From Mobula hypostoma (taxonomy: Eukaryota), in contig NC_086097.1 in NCBI RefSeq assembly GCF_963921235.1, positions 209,066,001 through 209,130,000 of the forward strand: 64,000 nucleotides of DNA, given 5' to 3'. Below are positions 62,037 to 64,000 of this stretch, one piece after another. The translations under genes were made by a program, and so were the position numbers. A model generated the notes under the pieces. That model was not told the origin of the DNA and searched no databases. It saw only the letters and a program-made list of their open reading frames with translations. How positions within the stretch are numbered: position 1 is the first letter of the stretch; every line of letters begins with the position of its first letter.

Positions 62037-63668
62037 CAGTGGATTCTGGTAATTGGGCCATCGATTAATTGGGGAACCTGTTAACTTGGGACAACTCTTA
62101 AAGAACAAAAAAAATCAGAAAAAATAACCGGGATCCCTTTCATTTATTTAGGACACTATGCCACTTAGATTGGGCAGGAGACTGTTGCTGAACATTTTCT
62201 GAAGAGTGTCAGTCAGATGCAAGTTGAGTGTCCGTTAGACACTACATCGTGTTGAGAGTGAGCAGTTTTTAAATAGTGTCATTTGTGTGTTTGTGTTCAA
62301 AAACCAATTTTTGCCACTGATAGTTGGTGAGTAATAAACAGCAAGACAATTCAGAACTGTTTTGCTCACTACGATTTCAAGCATTCAGGCTTGGAGATGC
62401 CAAAAACAGCCAGGAGTGAAAATGAAATGATTTCACTACTTCAGTTTGAAAGTATGGACAATCATCTTGAATGTTACAATTAAAATGAAGATTTGGAGAA
62501 TGCAATCGTTGAAAGCATTGTTTGAAGATGGTACAAGTGAACAACAGTTTTCACTTCTTTTACATAGTCTTATTATCTCAGATATGGTTCTACTATTGTT
62601 GGAGCCTGCTGTCTGCATTCTGGCAGTGTGTCCTCAGGTTGATTGGGCAATCTGGCACTTTGCTGTCTCCGGGAAGGTTCCAAGAGGCTGTGAGCAAAGC
62701 GTGCGCTATGTAGGCCCGGAAGTCTGGAGATGGGGCGCAGGCCCACGATTGACTCCATCTCTCAACGATCTTGCCAATTAAAGAACTGAGGAAGATTGAA
62801 ATCACTGAGGTGGGAGCAGAGACAAATGAGTGTTCAGTGCCATCTACCAGACTTTCACTTGCTGCTTCTGGTGGAGGGTGCCTGCATGTGGCAGTCTCCC
62901 TTTCCCTCTAGCTCGCTGCTCCCAAGGGAGGGTTCTTGCATTCAAATGATCTTTCTGACTCCTTTGATGCTGTTGGAGGATGGTGCCGGAGCAAGGTTTA
63001 ATGGACACAGTTTGTAGATTGTGGACTCAAATTCACATTTATGATGTGTTCTAGCTTTCTGGTCATCCTTTTTTGTTGTTGCTAGTTTGGGCGATTTTTG
63101 AATGGTGAGGCATGCAGATAATGTAAACAGGGCTGAGCTGAAATATGCCTTTTGATTATGTGTTTTTATATGCTGTCCATTCACTCTTCTTTTGAGCGAT
63201 TTATTTTTTTTGCACGTGGAAGAGGGGTTTGATGTTTTTTTTCTTTGAACAGCTTCTATGGTTCTTGGTTTCATGGCAGTCTGTGGGGAAGATGAACCTC
63301 AGAGTTGTGTATGGCATGTATACTTCGGTAATAAATTTACTTTGAATCTTTGAAGGTGTTCACTATCTGTACTAGGTGCCTGTGCTGATTTTGTTAATTT
63401 ACAGTCGTTCAAATAAACACGTTAGCGAACACTGAATGAATCCCTCCATTGATAACTATTAGGAACTAATACACAGTTTTACAATACTGTAGAAGTTTTA
63501 GTAGTGTTCTAATTCATTCTGCATTTCATTTCAATACATTTTTTTTCTCATTTCAACAGTAGTTTGTCTTTTTAGCTACTACCATGAAATTTCAGCTAAT
63601 TGAGGCAGCCGCTTAATTGGGCCAAAATATACTGGTCCCAATGTGATCCAATTAACCAGAATCCACTG
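62037..63668 (+). mobile_element. pogo/Tigger-like non-autonomous DNA transposon
   Basis: TA|CAGTGGATTCTGGTAATTGG ... CCAATTAACCAGAATCCACTG|TA (TIRs + TA TSD); relic SW*VINSKTIQNCFAHYDF of the pogo transposase C-terminal motif near 62322-62380. Confidence 0.88.
62528..63348 (+). mobile_element. ~820-bp non-autonomous retroelement nested in the Tigger-like element
   Basis: TSD tttgaag at 62521-62527 and 63349-63355. The 3' end aagatgaacctcagagttgtgtatgg...aataaatttactttgaa matches the Rex-like 3' end at ~25893-25975. Confidence 0.78.
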
Positions 63669-63919
63669 TATAAGGTACGGATAAAATTAAATCAGGTCAT
63701 GCTTAAAAGGCTGGAGCAGGTACTCTACAATTTCTAATTCTTTGCCACTGGATTTTGTATTCCCTCTCATTTAAGGCTCTGTTACCCCAAAGTTTCAAGC
63801 TTATTCTTAAAACATGCAATCACATTCACAGACAAGTATACTAATCTACGGTGTCCCAAATTATTTTTGTACATGAACCATCTGGTCTCCTGGGTAGTCT
63901 GTAACCACTTTTCGCAAAC

Positions 63920-64000
63920 AAAGTAAATTTATGAACAAAATGCATAAATGTTAGCATATAAAACCATGAGATTCACTTTCTTGTGGGCATACTCAATAAA
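63920..64000 (-). mobile_element. Rex1/Babar-like 3' UTR (runs off the window end)
   Basis: aaagtaaattt...gagattcactttcttgtgggcatactca, as at 48715-48800. Confidence 0.6.

Noticed and set aside
1..64000. Prokaryotic-type systems (CRISPR, retrons, operons)
   Set aside because: The sequence is vertebrate-like repeat-rich DNA; all RT hits are non-LTR or Penelope retroelements.

Overview
This is eukaryotic genomic DNA with no confidently identifiable host gene, and more than half of it is transposable-element sequence. The repeat content points to a cartilaginous fish, possibly a ray (inference from HE1/V-SINE-type tRNA SINEs, CR1 LINEs and Penelope-like elements). The window holds several CR1 LINE families (SGNH-esterase ORF1 tail, APE-RT ORF2, microsatellite 3' tails), many Rex1/Babar-like LINE copies, an RTE fragment and an RTE-associated short element. 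It also holds tRNA-derived V-SINEs, Tc1-like and pogo/Tigger-like DNA transposon remnants and very degraded PIF/Harbinger-like transposase relics, with extensive nesting. The most notable biology is a Penelope-like element (PLE) family. It includes a young 5'-truncated copy with an uninterrupted RT + GIY-YIG ORF, about 8 minimal hammerhead-ribozyme motifs in its pseudo-LTRs, and several ~100-210 bp fold-back mini-insertions with target-site duplications (TSDs). About 800-bp non-coding elements appear to borrow both ends of the Rex1/Babar-like LINEs. All family assignments come from motif recognition by eye and were not checked against databases. Boundaries are approximate unless a TSD or terminal inverted repeat (TIR) is given.
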